DNA from: Utricularia gibba
Lineage: Eukaryota > Plantae > Magnoliophyta
NCBI GenBank assembly: GCA_002189035.1
Contig: NEEC01000009.1
Coordinates: 1,922,001-1,986,000 of the forward strand
Length of the DNA stretch: 64,000 bases
Direction: 5' to 3'
Numbering within the stretch: the first letter of the stretch is position 1; every line of letters starts with the position of its first letter. Under the pieces are notes generated by a model that was not told the origin of the DNA, did not search any database, and saw nothing but the letters and a program-made list of their open reading frames with translations. The translations under genes were made by a program, and so were the position numbers. Of the stretch, positions 25,280 through 37,773 are shown piece after piece.

Positions 25280-26102
25280 ATATGATTCATGAACCATCAG
25301 AGAGATTGTTCTTCTCACCATCAGTCTGCTGGTGCGCACGCAGCTCAGGAGCCCGAGGTTTGAAATCTCTGTATTTGCTGGCTTCGTCATTGCCAGTTTG
25401 AACCATTTCAGCTCCCCCGGCCATGAACTATTTCTCCTTAAGCACCCGCCGTGAACTGATCATGGAAGGTAGGTAGCTTCTTCCTCCCCCATGCTCCTCA
25501 TCATTCTGCTGGTTCATCTGTCCGGTACATAGCTATCCCGCCGGCCATCTGAATAAAAACTCATTTCGAGTTGTCCCTGTTTTTGTGCGTCAACGTGTTC
25601 CTGTGATAAACCGGAGTTGGGTTTTGTGTGAGACTTTTTTCAGTCCAGTCGTGGATTTGCAGTCTCTGCTCTGTACAACCTCCGGTGATGTATTACAGTC
25701 TCCTGAAAGAGACGAGTTGATGTCAGGATTATTAATTTAATTTTTAATTGCATTTCATAATTAATTCATTAACATATTTCATCTTTTATTTTTTGTAGTT
25801 ACAATTTATCTAATTGGTTTAGAAATATATTATTAACATACTAATATTATTTATTTTTATATTTAATTTATAATTCAAATTTTGGGAACTATAAATAGGA
25901 AAACGGTAATTATGTATTAATTGGGAGTGTTTTGATTATGGGGCAAGGCCAGAAATGGTGGTAATTGCTGCGTGAGGTGTTCTTGGGTTGGCGACCCAAA
26001 TGCGGATAAGAGACGGGAAGGGGAAACGAGAAATCTGAACGGTTAGCGATCCTGTGGAAGCCCTAGCGAAGTGCGTTTGGTGATAGTGCAAGAGAGGAAG
26101 AG

Positions 26103-27648
26103 ATGAGTCATTTCGGGAAGATGGGGATCCATTACTTGCAGAGGCTGAATGCTGCGAACGTTCCAAGGGTGCTTCTGGAGAAAGGCCAAAATCGCGTCAC
26201 CGAGGCCTCCCTGACACTCATTCGCGAGAGAGCCAAGCTCAAGGTGTGTATGTTCGATACCGGTTTGGTGTATGGATTTTGGTTTTTCATTCGTGCGTGA
26301 ATCTCAGGGAGAATTGTTGCGAGCATTGGGAGGTGTTGTCGCGTCGACGTCTCTGCTTGGAGTTCCACTGGGTCATAACTCCTCGTTTCTCCAAGGTCCC
26401 GCATTTGCACCTCCTCGTATAAGAGAGGCCATTTGGTGCGGAAGTACGAATTCCACCACAGAGGAAGGTTAGTCGCTTAACCAACCCGTATGAAAATTAT
26501 ACTCCTTTACCCGAGTTTTCGATGTTTAGATTGTGTGTTTTCGTACCGGCCTTATTTTGTAATGGAGGTTATGTTGGGAAAGATTCTGGCACTCTCTCTG
26601 GCTATTGCTTTGTTGAAGCACTTGGGCTCTTCTGATTGTAATACTCATGGACCTATACAGGCAAAGATCTCTATGACCCGAGGGTGCTTACTGATGTTGG
26701 TGATGTGCCGGTTCAGGAACTTCGAGATTGTGGAATAGATGATGACAGACTGATGAGCATCGTCAGTGAATCAGTGAAGCTGGTTATGGAAGAGGTGAGA
26801 ATCTGGTTTCCATTTCTATGTTTTTCCTAGATATGGAGTATACTTGCGTCGCTCATTCTTTATCTACTCATGTTTCTAGGAGCCCTTGCGGCCTTTGGTA
26901 CTAGGTGGTGATCATTCTATTTCCTTTCCTGTGGTGAGGGCAGTTTCAGAGAAGCTAGGTGGACCAGTTGACATTCTTCATCTTGATGCTCATCCTGATA
27001 TATATGATGCCTTTGAGGGTAACATATATTCTCATGCTTCTCCATTTGCTCGAATCATGGAAGGTGGCTATGCACGGCGGTTGTTGCAGGTGACACAAAC
27101 ACATGCTTTATTTAATTGAAGAACCTACGTATCAGGTGTAGTGAAATGCTGTGTCAACACAAACTCTGCAGGTTGGTATAAGATCCATTACCAAGGAAGG
27201 CCGCGATCAAGCAAAAAAGTTTGGTGTTGAGCAGTTCGAAATGCGGACGTTTTCCAAGGACCGAAATCAATTGGAAAACTTGGTATGTTCTTCCCTGTTT
27301 ACCTCCTACCCAACATAACTATAGACGCCTGTAAGCGACCATCTGACATTAGGGACATAGATTTTGATTCCTCAAGTTTGTTTGCAGAAACTTGGTGAAG
27401 GTGTGAAAGGCGTTTACATCTCTGTGGATGTGGACTGCCTTGATCCAGCCTTTGCCCCTGGGGTATCTCACATCGAGCCTGGAGGGCTGTCCTTTCGTGA
27501 TGTTCTCAACATACTTCACAACCTTGAAGGTGATGTTGTTGCAGCTGATGTTGTGGAGTTCAACCCTCAAAGAGACACCGTTGATGGGATGACAGCCATG
27601 GTAGCTGCCAAGATAGTAAGAGAACTCACGGCCAAGATATCAAGGTAA
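26103..27648 (+). CDS. ARGAH: Arginase (mitochondrial ureohydrolase); exons 26103-26243, 26308-26467, 26661-26794, 26880-27089, 27172-27282, 27388-27648
   Basis: LGGDHSISFPVVRAV, HLDAHPD and ISVDVDCLDPAFAPGVSHIEPGGL metal-binding motifs. All introns are GT-AG and in frame. Confidence 0.97.
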
Positions 27649-28242
27649 GGAGTCAGGTTTCCTTTTCATCATGCTGCAGCCCCTTAAAACAATGGATCAA
27701 CCCACAATAATGGCGACAGCAATAATGCCACTAGACAGCGCCTGGCAAGCAGCAATGCAAATGCAGAAAGGGGCTTTTGCTTCTTCAGCTACTTGTTTTG
27801 GTTAGAAAAGTGCACTAAGTATTTGATCCCAGTTAGGTTTTCAATTTTGAATAAAAAGATTGGGGATTCTGAATTCATGAACTTTGTATTTTTTAGGGTT
27901 GATTTGTAGTATTTTTATTATAAACGAGATGATGGAACTTAATCCTGAAAAGGATGTGGTCTGTTGCGTAGCACGATTGTATTTGAACGGATGCCGAATG
28001 CGCCGGCGTCAGCGAGAAGGGCGTCGAAGCCCTAGCTGTAGAGCTCTCTCGGCGTCAGCCTTAATCGTGTGTTCCTGTGGTTGTTGATCTGGATTGGCCT
28101 GTAATCGTATCGAAGTTCTGGATTCGTATCCTTGATAAGTGTCTCCTTTTTTTGTTTGTTTTTTAGAGTCTGCATGAGAAAATTGGTGGAAGAGAGATCG
28201 GGCACCGAGTAGAGAGAGGATTTGCCTTTGTGGTATTGAAAC

Positions 28243-29986
28243 ATGTCTGCCGTCGTGTGCGGAAAGAGATCGAGCATCTTTGAGGAGTCGCCGTCGTCGC
28301 CACCTGTGTCCAAGAGAAACCGTTCTTCTTCTTCATCTTCTCCTGGGAGATCTTTCTCGCCACCTAGGGCAGCCACCTGTCCTGACTTCCTTGCTCATTT
28401 GATCTGGCTCTTCCCGGACATGGATAGACAGGTGTGCGGTCCTGTTTTTCTATTACCATCTTCATGATTTCCACGGACGCACTTTTTGCTTTGTTTTTTA
28501 AAGACTAAGCTTTTCTCTATCTTCTCTATTGAGTAGTGAGTTCTAGCTACTGAAACTCCTGCTTGTTTATGCTGACATGATTATGGTATATTGTGGCTAT
28601 AGTGTAGAGACGTATAAGTTGTGGCAGTTTTATGTGGCATCTCGTAAATGGAATTATACCGGAAAAATTTTCAAATTCTGAGAAAACTAAAGAGTGATGC
28701 ATGGGAACGTGTAACTGGTAAATCGATATCAAACAGTGAGCTTCAAACAAATGAATGGCTTCCAATTAGTCGCTTCTGAAGAAAAATTTTATAATGTGCT
28801 AATATTTTCCTGCATGGTGAGCATCTGCCATTCTTTCGTTTTTAATGCACCATTTGAATTATCTTGGTTGGGTTGTTTCAAAGTTTTTGGAGAAGATTCT
28901 TGAAGAATCTGGAAACAATTTGGATTCCACCATACAAAAATTATACAAGCTTCGCTTGACAACAACTAACAATACATCTGGGTTGCCTGCAGACGAAGAT
29001 GGCCAATGTTTGACAAAAGGTTGTTTTAATTTCTGGTTGTAGATTGCGTTATCAATTAGTGTTATTTTTATTGCCTATTTATTGAATTTATTTATGCACT
29101 AATTTCTAAGTTGTTAAATTCCAAATCTGCTTCTCATTTTTATGTTCTTAACTATGGTTCTTCTTTCAAGGATTTCTTTTCTGTTACATCAGGAGTGATA
29201 AAGGGCTACTGTCTTTTGTCGTAACATGTTGCCTAGATAAGTCTTTACACACTAATAAGGATATTAAATTTCAGGTGAAAATGCTGATGGCATTTCCCCC
29301 ATAGGGGATTCTCCCACAGGAAACAATCTTTCGGTAGATGGTGCGGAGTGGGTGGAGCTGATGGTTAGGGAGGTTTTAAGCGCTTCAAATTTACAAGATG
29401 CCAAGGCTCGTTTGTCGCAGGCACTTGAGACATTAGAGAATTCAATCCGTTCAGTTACTGTAGCAGAGTTTTTAAAAAGTTTTCATGAGGTGAGTCCTAG
29501 ATATTATGGAGTGTGCGAATCTCAACTATCAATTGTGTCCTTATGGATATTTTAGAGACCCGGATGGGATGACTCATTCAGTTTTCTACCATTCATCATA
29601 ATTGATATGCCGTCCTGACCCCAGGAGAACCAAGTGCTGAAGGAGCAGCTGGAAGCTCGACTACAAGAAAATGCAATTTTGAAAAAAGGTGTTTCAATCC
29701 AATCTGTAAGGCAGAAGGAGTTTGAGAACATGGGCCGCGAGTTTCATCAGCTGAAGCAGCTTGCTTCTCAATACCAGGACCAAATACGAACTCTTGAGGT
29801 GATGATCATCATGCTGAAATCTTTGCTCCTAAAGTTCCTTCATTCACATCGTATGGTGTTCCGATCACATTCACCCGGCTTTTCTTTATTTTGTTTCAGA
29901 TCCGCAACTACGAGCTTGCTTTGCACCTAAAACTCGCGCAGCAGGGCAATCCACTCCCAAGGCGTTTTAACCCTGACGTGTTTTAG
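28243..29986 (+). CDS. Plant CUE/ubiquitin-associated domain protein; exons 28243-28431, 28884-29019, 29275-29489, 29625-29798, 29900-29986
   Basis: MSAVVCGKRSSIFEE, LFPDMDRQ.LEKILEESGNNLDSTI, DGAEWVELMVREVLSAS, and the C-terminus NYELALHLKLAQQG..LPRRFNPDVF. Confidence 0.9.
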
Positions 29987-30562
29987 GTAAGAATCTTCAT
30001 ATGTCTGGCTTGTCTGTCTATCTACGCTGGAGCCCTGTAAGATCCCGCAGGTATTGTGCAAATGATTGGCCAAGACGTGCGCGTTATTACTCTCACTACG
30101 GCTACTTGTGCATGGTGTTGCATGTTTTTGTGTGTTTAATACTGGTGTCATTCTATGGGTCTAGTCTTGCTCTGATGCAACGTAATTCGAGCACCCTAAA
30201 TTTTTGAATGACTTGTAGCTTGGTAATGCAAACACCCTGTTGAGGGTTTGAGGAACAGTCATTGAACTCTGAAGTACTTTATGCCATACAATGTTAATTT
30301 TCTGTAGAAATTAATATCAATAAAAAATATGATAAGCATTTATTTATCCTATTACATGGCAGTGCATGGAAATTTGAAGGTTGAGGGACAAACATCGCCT
30401 TGAGGAATAGAACATGAAAAGGCTAACACATCATTCATTTAGGGCACAACACAACACAACACACTTTCCATGAATTTGCAGTACCTGCTACTTCTTCTTC
30501 AAGTAACAATCATGATCCTAGTTGACTGCTATCTACAGATTGGGCGCACCTGGAAACTGGTG

Positions 30563-32488
30563 CTACATGAGCCCAGAGAAGGATGAAGTGAGCATGTAGG
30601 GGATGCTTGAGAGGGCTCCCTTCTGGCATGCCAGGTCATGGATGTCTCTCACGATGTCGAAAACGGCCTCTGGCTGTGCCATCTTCTTTGCGTTCTCTGA
30701 CATTCTCTTCAGCTCTTCTTGCTTTGTGCTGAACCACTCCGCCACTATCTGTGCTGTTCTGCTTGGGCTCCTTGTGAACACCCCCGCACCCTTGTCCACC
30801 ACGTAGGGGATGTTTCCCTTCTCCTAGTGACACCAAGCCCAAGAAATTTTTGTCATGAACAAAACAAGATGAAATCTTGTTCATCAGCCCTTCAGATGCT
30901 CTCTCTATCAAGCGTGGTGTGTTGTTTTTGTTTATGGATGAAATGGTGATGCAATTGATGACATGACACAAGAGCAGGATGACTTCCTTACTTGTCCAGG
31001 AATGTAGTCGTTAAGAATGATGGGAAGACCACGTATCAAGGCCTCTGCAATGGTACCAGGGCCGGCCTGTGCATTCACCATTTCAGACAAATGAAGTTCA
31101 AAATGAATAAGCAGGGAGGAAGCTAACGTGGGAGTAGGAAAAATGTTTGCTTACTTTGGTGATGATGCAGTCGCAAGCTCCCATCCATTTCTGCATCTGC
31201 CTTTCAAAGCCTCTAACCTGAGGAATTCAGCTGTTTTGACGGTCAAGTTGCAAATATGGAACTGATATGAGTTTGCAGGTTACCTTGACAGGTATTTTCC
31301 ACTCCAGGTTTCTTAATGTTGTGGCTAGAGCTTCGTTTCTGCCACAGATAATGATCACTTGTCCAATCGGCTTCTTCTGCTCTTTGTCAAACAGTGACTC
31401 ACCCAAAGCTTCTGCTGTTTTCTTGACAGGCCCCATCCCCTCTCCCCTCCCATCAGCAGCACAGCTGGTAGCTCTGTGTCCATCTCAAGCTCTATCCGCA
31501 AATCATCCTTGGAAAGAGCTGCTCGACAAAAGGAAGGCCGGATTGGCAAGCCAAAGACACGGACTCGTGACTCTTCAAGGCCATCTAGCAGAGCCCTCCT
31601 TGCAACTTCCTCTGATGGACAATACAGCCGGTTCACCATCGGATGGAACCTTGTTCATTCACATCATGTCTTCTTATTACCACACAGGATGAAAGGCATC
31701 ATGTGTTTGTGGGCTGTATGAAATCCTTACCATGTTCTGTGGCAAGTGGTCAGGTCTGTGATGACAGTCACAAAGGTAACTTTCTTCTGCAGCCCCTGCC
31801 ATTTTAGGACCCATAGAGGAATATGCTGCATGAGTGGATGCACACTTATAATGATATGCGGCTTGTACTCCATCAAACCTGCCTCTACTTGCCTAGAAAA
31901 TGGACAGAATAAGCAAATGCTTTCCTTATTCTCGTTAAGGGAGCAGGCAGTACATCACACCAGAAAGACTTACTTGGCATAAAAAGCAGCAACAGCTGCA
32001 AGGTAACTGGAGTGAATCCATTTAGGTGAAGTTCCATGAAATGCTATACTCCAAAGCTGGACATGTTTAACCATGAACTTGTACTGATTCTCCATATTGT
32101 TCAACGGCCACCCTGTGTACTCCTTCCACACATCTTTGATGAAGACCTGGACCGGAGAAACATCAAGATATATATAACCTCTCCCATGAAACCAAAACTA
32201 GCCAACATGTAAAGTCTTTACCCTGTAAGCATCCCCATATTCGAGCCGGAAGGCGTCCCTGATCGCCTCAGCGGATGCACGGTGTCCACCACCAGTGTCA
32301 CTCATCAGAATCAGCACATTTTTCGTTCTGTCTGCTCCCATCTGCTCCATTTCCATGTTCCCTGGTTCTTCCTCTTCTTGCACTGCATATTTCAGCCTCT
32401 TTTGGGAGCTCCCCACGAACCCTTGAACCCCAACTCTTGCAAGCACATTGCTTATCGATTGGCGTGGGGAAGCTGCCTTCATCACCAT
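30563..32488 (-). CDS. MGD2: Type-B monogalactosyldiacylglycerol synthase (MGD2/3-like), multi-exon, with one apparent 1-nt deletion at 31444-31447
   Basis: [60 protein letters not shown](G)EGMGPV and GAGVFTRSP. Lacks the long MGD1-type transit peptide. Confidence 0.93.
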
Positions 32489-32990
32489 ATCTATTATATA
32501 CACACAAACCAGGGATGTATATAATAAATAGATATGGGATCCCTGCCCTGCCCTGTTGATGAATTTGTTTCAAGCATCACGATAAATGAAACCAAGGGCC
32601 GAATCGCCCTCGGAGCTGCAACAAAACGGACACCCATTTCGTTTTCCCAACAAAAAAGTAACCAAAATTAAAAAACAACACCTTCAAGTCGACACAGTGA
32701 ACCCACAACTCAGCACCAAATGCATAGACTTGAAAAACCACAAGATGACAAAGATTCTCCAAAACCCATAAAAAAATATATCATTCTGCAGTTAAAAAAC
32801 CAGGAATTCATTCCCAACAAGACAGCAAGTTCACAAAGAAATGCGTACAATAAACATTCAAACTACCTTCCCGGGATCAAGACTCCAGAAATGAAGGAGG
32901 CAGCAGGGATCCGGTGTTCAGGAAGAATGAGAATTGAAAACTCGTTGACAGACAGATGACAGGATGGATTTCAAGGTTCCTCCTTTTCAA

Positions 32991-33306
32991 TATTTATAAT
33001 CTCAAACGACAAAAAAATGAAATAGTAGTTTTTTATTGGTATAAACACGTGGCCACGGCCCATAGGTTGTCTTATCTGAGGATTCCTGAAGCATATGCCT
33101 AGGTCCAAAAAATGATTCGCTGCCCCAAACTGCAGTGGACGAATATTTGATTATTAAATTAATCTGGAAATTCAGAAAATTACTATTTCTGATAAACATC
33201 CAAAGCTCAACTCTATTTACTTTAAAAAGAATACGGATTCCGGAATCAGTATTAACTAACTGTAATAAATTTTAAAAATCGATATTTTCGAGGTGGCAGA
33301 ATATTC
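32991..33306 (-). promoter_or_regulatory. MGD2 promoter: TATA-like box, G-box and two P1BS elements
   Basis: TATAAAT (minus strand) at about 32991-32997, CACGTG at 33046-33051, GCATATGC at 33091-33098 and GAATATTC at 33299-33306. Confidence 0.65.
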
Positions 33307-34084
33307 TTAATGTATGTATAATAATACTTTTTACCCGTGGGCGTCATTTACTACACGCGAAATCCCCAAGAGTCGGTTTTTTTAGTTGATTTCAATATAG
33401 TAACTTATATTTGATAATCACTTGATTATATAAAAATAAATCTTACTTAAATAGTTTTTACTTTAAAATAATTTATCATCAAATATGCATTAATTTTACT
33501 AAAAACTAAAAGTTTATAAATGCTTCCCATTTTTAAGATGCATTAGATAGATCCTAAAAAATATTTTTCAAAAAACAAATCAAACCCAACCTAAAAATTC
33601 TAATAACTTAGATATTAGTAAACCATATCTTGTGAGAGCATGAAATATGAAGCAATATTCTGGGAAATTTTTCAAACATATTTTTATTTTTCAAAATTAT
33701 TTTAGAAAAATAAAAATAAAAAATAAAATTAACTAATTATTTACTTTTTCAAAAATAACTTTTGTAGTATAATTTTAAAAATATTTTTGATAGAATTATT
33801 TTTATAATTAAAAATATTTTAAAATAAAACTATTTTTATTTTTGAAAAATATAAATAGATTTTAAAATTTTTTCAAAAACTGTTTACCCATTTAGGAGGA
33901 GGAGGAGGTTGGCTTTTTGAGGTTCTCTCATATTCAAGAAGAAGTGGCGTATGGTCTGCTGGTGATCATCATCAACATGAACAGAGACGTGCTTTCCCTG
34001 CGTCTCTTCTTATTGTACCTGCGTGGCAGCTACTACTCTTTTGAGCGTTGGCTGGGGTTCCTTCATTGTGCTCATGTTCCTGAG

Positions 34085-35540
34085 CTACATTTTTGCAGAT
34101 TCGATGGGCCTCTTCCCCTGCTGATAATACTCAAAGTAACGCTCCGGGTAGTTCTTCATCCTCCTGTAAATCTGGGGCCGTCCCTCGTCGATCAGCTGCT
34201 CTACAGGTCCGATCTCTTGTTCAGCACCAGGAGAGCAGAACATGGCGATTGTCACTCTCTCTGAGCTTGAGTTTGTGACCGCCCTGTGTACGGGGCTTCT
34301 CAACACGCCGTTGCTCATTATCTGTAGCATTAACCAGTAGCAGACTTCAGAAAAGCAACCAAGTTTAAGTAGACATCCTGCATTTTTTTTAGCATTACCT
34401 CGACCTGATCTCCCAGGTTAACAAGGAGCGCCTCAGGAAGTGCAGTAACACCGACCCATTGGTCATCTTTCATGACTTCGAGGCCCTGGACCTCACTGTC
34501 TGGTAGCAGGATCGTTATTGCAGATCCATCTGCGTGCGGCTTCAGGCCGTAGACTTGTTCGGGACAGGGGCAGGGAGGGTAGTAGTTGAGTCTTGCATAT
34601 ATTTCCGGCTGCTCACCCAATTGGTTTACAAAGCAATCCTCCGGTAAGCTCAATGACTTTGCTATCGATTTGAGAAGATGGTATAGAAGTTGTGTAATGC
34701 GAGACGTGTATTCTTGCAATATACTCCTGCACAGTAAACTAGTTATTTGTACACTCAGAGTAGAAGATGTTGAACGGCTTAAGTCTGTGTACCTTAAAGA
34801 TGGAGGATTTTGAGGCCAGAACTGGGACTTCCGTTGCTCTACAGGATTTACCTTTAGATAGACACGATCTGTCCAGTCGAGCTTCTGATTCTCGAAAAGG
34901 ATCATGTCGCTGCCATAACCTTCAATGCCATTGGCTTCCCTGGCATGCCTCTGCTTCTCAACGGGTGGTAAGTGGAAGAATTGCTTGGAAACATGATGGA
35001 GTTCTTGCAAAAACTGGCCCTCAATGCCATGGTTTATTACCTGAATTCACCAGTTAAGCATCCAGCATCTATTCAGAGATTCAACAACAGAAGTACATTT
35101 ACAGAGTATAAGCAATACTGACAAAAAAAAAATCCATAAAACTAGTCTGCTGACGCAAAAGATTCTGCTTTTCCACCGTATTTCAAACGAAATGCACCAA
35201 ACCGAACACGGTGATCACTTCACGAGCTCTCTGTTAACCTAAAATTGAATGAATACACATTTCGGAGATGGCAGACGATATTGAGGTGAACCTGAAAGCA
35301 CCCCCAGGAAGTCAGAGCCGAGCGAAACTTCGCAAGCTCCTCATCCACGGCGGCATCGGAGGACGAGAGCAATCGGCTGATGTCGATAACAGGTATTTCT
35401 TCAGTCAACTGATTTCTCCGATTGATATCAGCGCCCGGAGAAAGATAGCAATCGGGGACTTCGCCTCTCTCTCGGGCAAGCTCCTGAACTGATTTCGCCG
35501 CCGCGGTTTGCGGGATTCCGACAACGGAAGATTTGTCCAT
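34085..35540 (-). CDS. 2-oxoglutarate/Fe(II)-dependent dioxygenase (SRG1-like DOXC); exons 35540-35292, 35040-34793, 34726-34399, 34321-34085
   Basis: IPVIDIS, SWGCFQVINHGI, RLNYYPPCP..VYGLKPHADGSAIT (HxD) and HRAVTNSSSERVT (distal His, Arg). Confidence 0.94.
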
Positions 35541-35976
35541 GGCACTTCCTTGACAAAATGGAACTAAATAATTCGATTCGATTATGATATCTATCCCAAA
35601 TTTTCCAGAATTTTCATAATATTTTATTTACTTTTATCTCGTTTTTCCGGCAGCTCATTCCGTGATCTCCTGTACCGATTGCCCAAGTCCGCCGCGGAAA
35701 GACTCCATCTTGCTCGACGGCGGAACTGTGATCATCTCAAGGGTCTGCAGGTAGATCACCGGGGATTTCTTTTGCGGTCATGTGATGCGTCCGACTCTAG
35801 CTATCCAGTGCAGAGTCTGAATACCGTACTACGGTTCGAAACGAAACTTGGAAAGGATAAAAAGCCATACTAGTACCTGCTTGTGAATCAAGAGGTCCTC
35901 CATGTCCATCAGCCATTAACAGAGATGCGAAGTAAAGAGGTGAAAACAAAGAGAGGGCTCTTCAGGTAGGCGCCAC

Positions 35977-37104
35977 TCACCGGTTCCAGGTGGCTTCATT
36001 GGGATTGGAGTCCAGACTGTTCATTGGCTCCTGAATGTCGTAGCTTGAATTGGACCTGGATTGACTTCTGGAAAAGCCGCCATTGTTGCTGCTGACGCTG
36101 TCCAGTATAGATTCAAGGTTAGGAAGTTTCTCACTTCCTCCTTCACCGTTGACAGTATTTGAAGCATCATATTCAGCGGTGTAGTTATCATTGCCAAAGC
36201 CCCGTAGATTCGAACTATTGTTACCACCACTGTATCCATCGTCTCCACCACCATACTGGTTGCCACCGCCCCACCGGCCAAAGCCATCACCTCTGCCGCC
36301 AAAACCGCCACCACCTTGGTTGTAACTAGGACCTTGACCTCCATAACCAAAACCACGAGCTCGTGGTCTCTCTGTCGCATAGTTCACCCTTATTTGCCGT
36401 CCGTCCATCTCCTGCAATAATAGCGCCAGATGTGACGTCCCAGTTGCGAGCTTAAACATTGAAGGTCTCAAGCCTTAGAAACATCGGCTAGAGATGACGA
36501 GTCTGAAGAACACTCATTACGATGCATCACAAGGATATTGATACGCAGTATTGTATTCTATGTCGTTAACATTCTTTTATAAACACGAAACACAATAGCA
36601 GGGCAAAATGGAAAGTCTCAAACCTTGCCATCTAGAGCCTGGATGGCGCTGGAAGCATCCTCTGTTGAAGTGTAAGTAACAAAGGCAAAGCCACGTGATC
36701 GGCCAGTCTCACGGTCCAAAACAACTCTAGCTGAAAATTCAGAGAACAAAACTTGATTATTTCACATCGCTGCAGCAACTTCCTCAGCTACGAAGATATA
36801 TAAAAATCGTTTTATACCTTCAACAAGCTCTCCATATTGGGAAAAAGCTTCCTTGAGACTCATTTCATCAGTGCCATAAGAGATGCCTGGTATAAATGGA
36901 AAGTATGAAGTAACAAGCGCCAAAGCTATGACAACAATTTGGATAAAAAAAAACATCAGTTCACTGACCTCCCACGAATAATTTTGAGGACGACATCCAC
37001 CTTATCGACTGAAAGAGAGTTGCTTTTTCAGCAGAAAACCCTGACGCAACGCTCCTACCATGGGTTTTCTTCAAAAGACCGCCTACTCTGCTTAAAAGTG
37101 ACAT
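35977..37104 (-). CDS. Mitochondrial glycine-rich RNA-binding protein (RRM plus Gly-rich tail); exons 37104-36969, 36886-36818, 36730-36624, 36411-35977
   Basis: Presequence-like [13 protein letters not shown]...[36 protein letters not shown]1 [19 protein letters not shown] and a Gly-rich tail. Confidence 0.93.
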
Positions 37105-37509
37105 CTTTTACTTCAAAAAATTGATCTGCACGCATATGAAAAAGATGGAAGCATCATCAGTTCCCCGGAAGAAAAAAAAATCTTAAATTCAGCCAAACGA
37201 GTTGACAACGCAACTGAAACCACAAGCATAAACGGATTACATTATACCTCCCTGAACTAACACCGAAAAAAAACGTTACAAAACATCACAAAAATACCAC
37301 ATACTCTACCATTCAATCACTTTCTTTCTTTGAAAAAACGAAATCAAAGATCAGGAAATAATATCAGAGGACCAAGCATCCCATCCATCCACAGTATTCG
37401 AAAACAAAAACACAGGATCAGAATCAAAATATGAACAAAATCAAAGAAGATGCCGAAGAGCACTCCACCTGAGGAGCGTCGCGAATTCTTAGACGCTTTC
37501 GTCCAGGGT

Positions 37510-37617
37510 TTAGGGTTTTAGAATTTTGACTAAACATAAAAGGGCTTCAGACCCGACCGTTGGGTTGACAGATTCATTTTCGGCCCACAACACCCAAGAA
37601 TAGACTCTTCAGGCCCA
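37510..37617 (-). promoter_or_regulatory. Telo-box and site II elements upstream of the glycine-rich RBP gene
   Basis: TTAGGGTTT at 37510-37518 and GGCCCA at 37582-37587 and 37612-37617. Confidence 0.6.
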
Positions 37618-37773
37618 AAGTATTCTCTCTTTTTTCTCAGCATTATTTATTTGATATTACAGGGAGGAGAAGAGAACAAGCGTGCCTCAAAAACAGGAAG
37701 ATTTCAACATACAGCAGCCATGCCTGGAAATGAGACACAATCCTCTGCATGGGGCAGCGCAATGGAGTGATGA

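Noticed and set aside
28126-28167. GTATCCTT resembling a U12-type 5' splice site in the CUE gene leader
   Set aside because: There is no TCCTTAAC-type branch point, and the nearest acceptor would give an implausible 42-nt intron.
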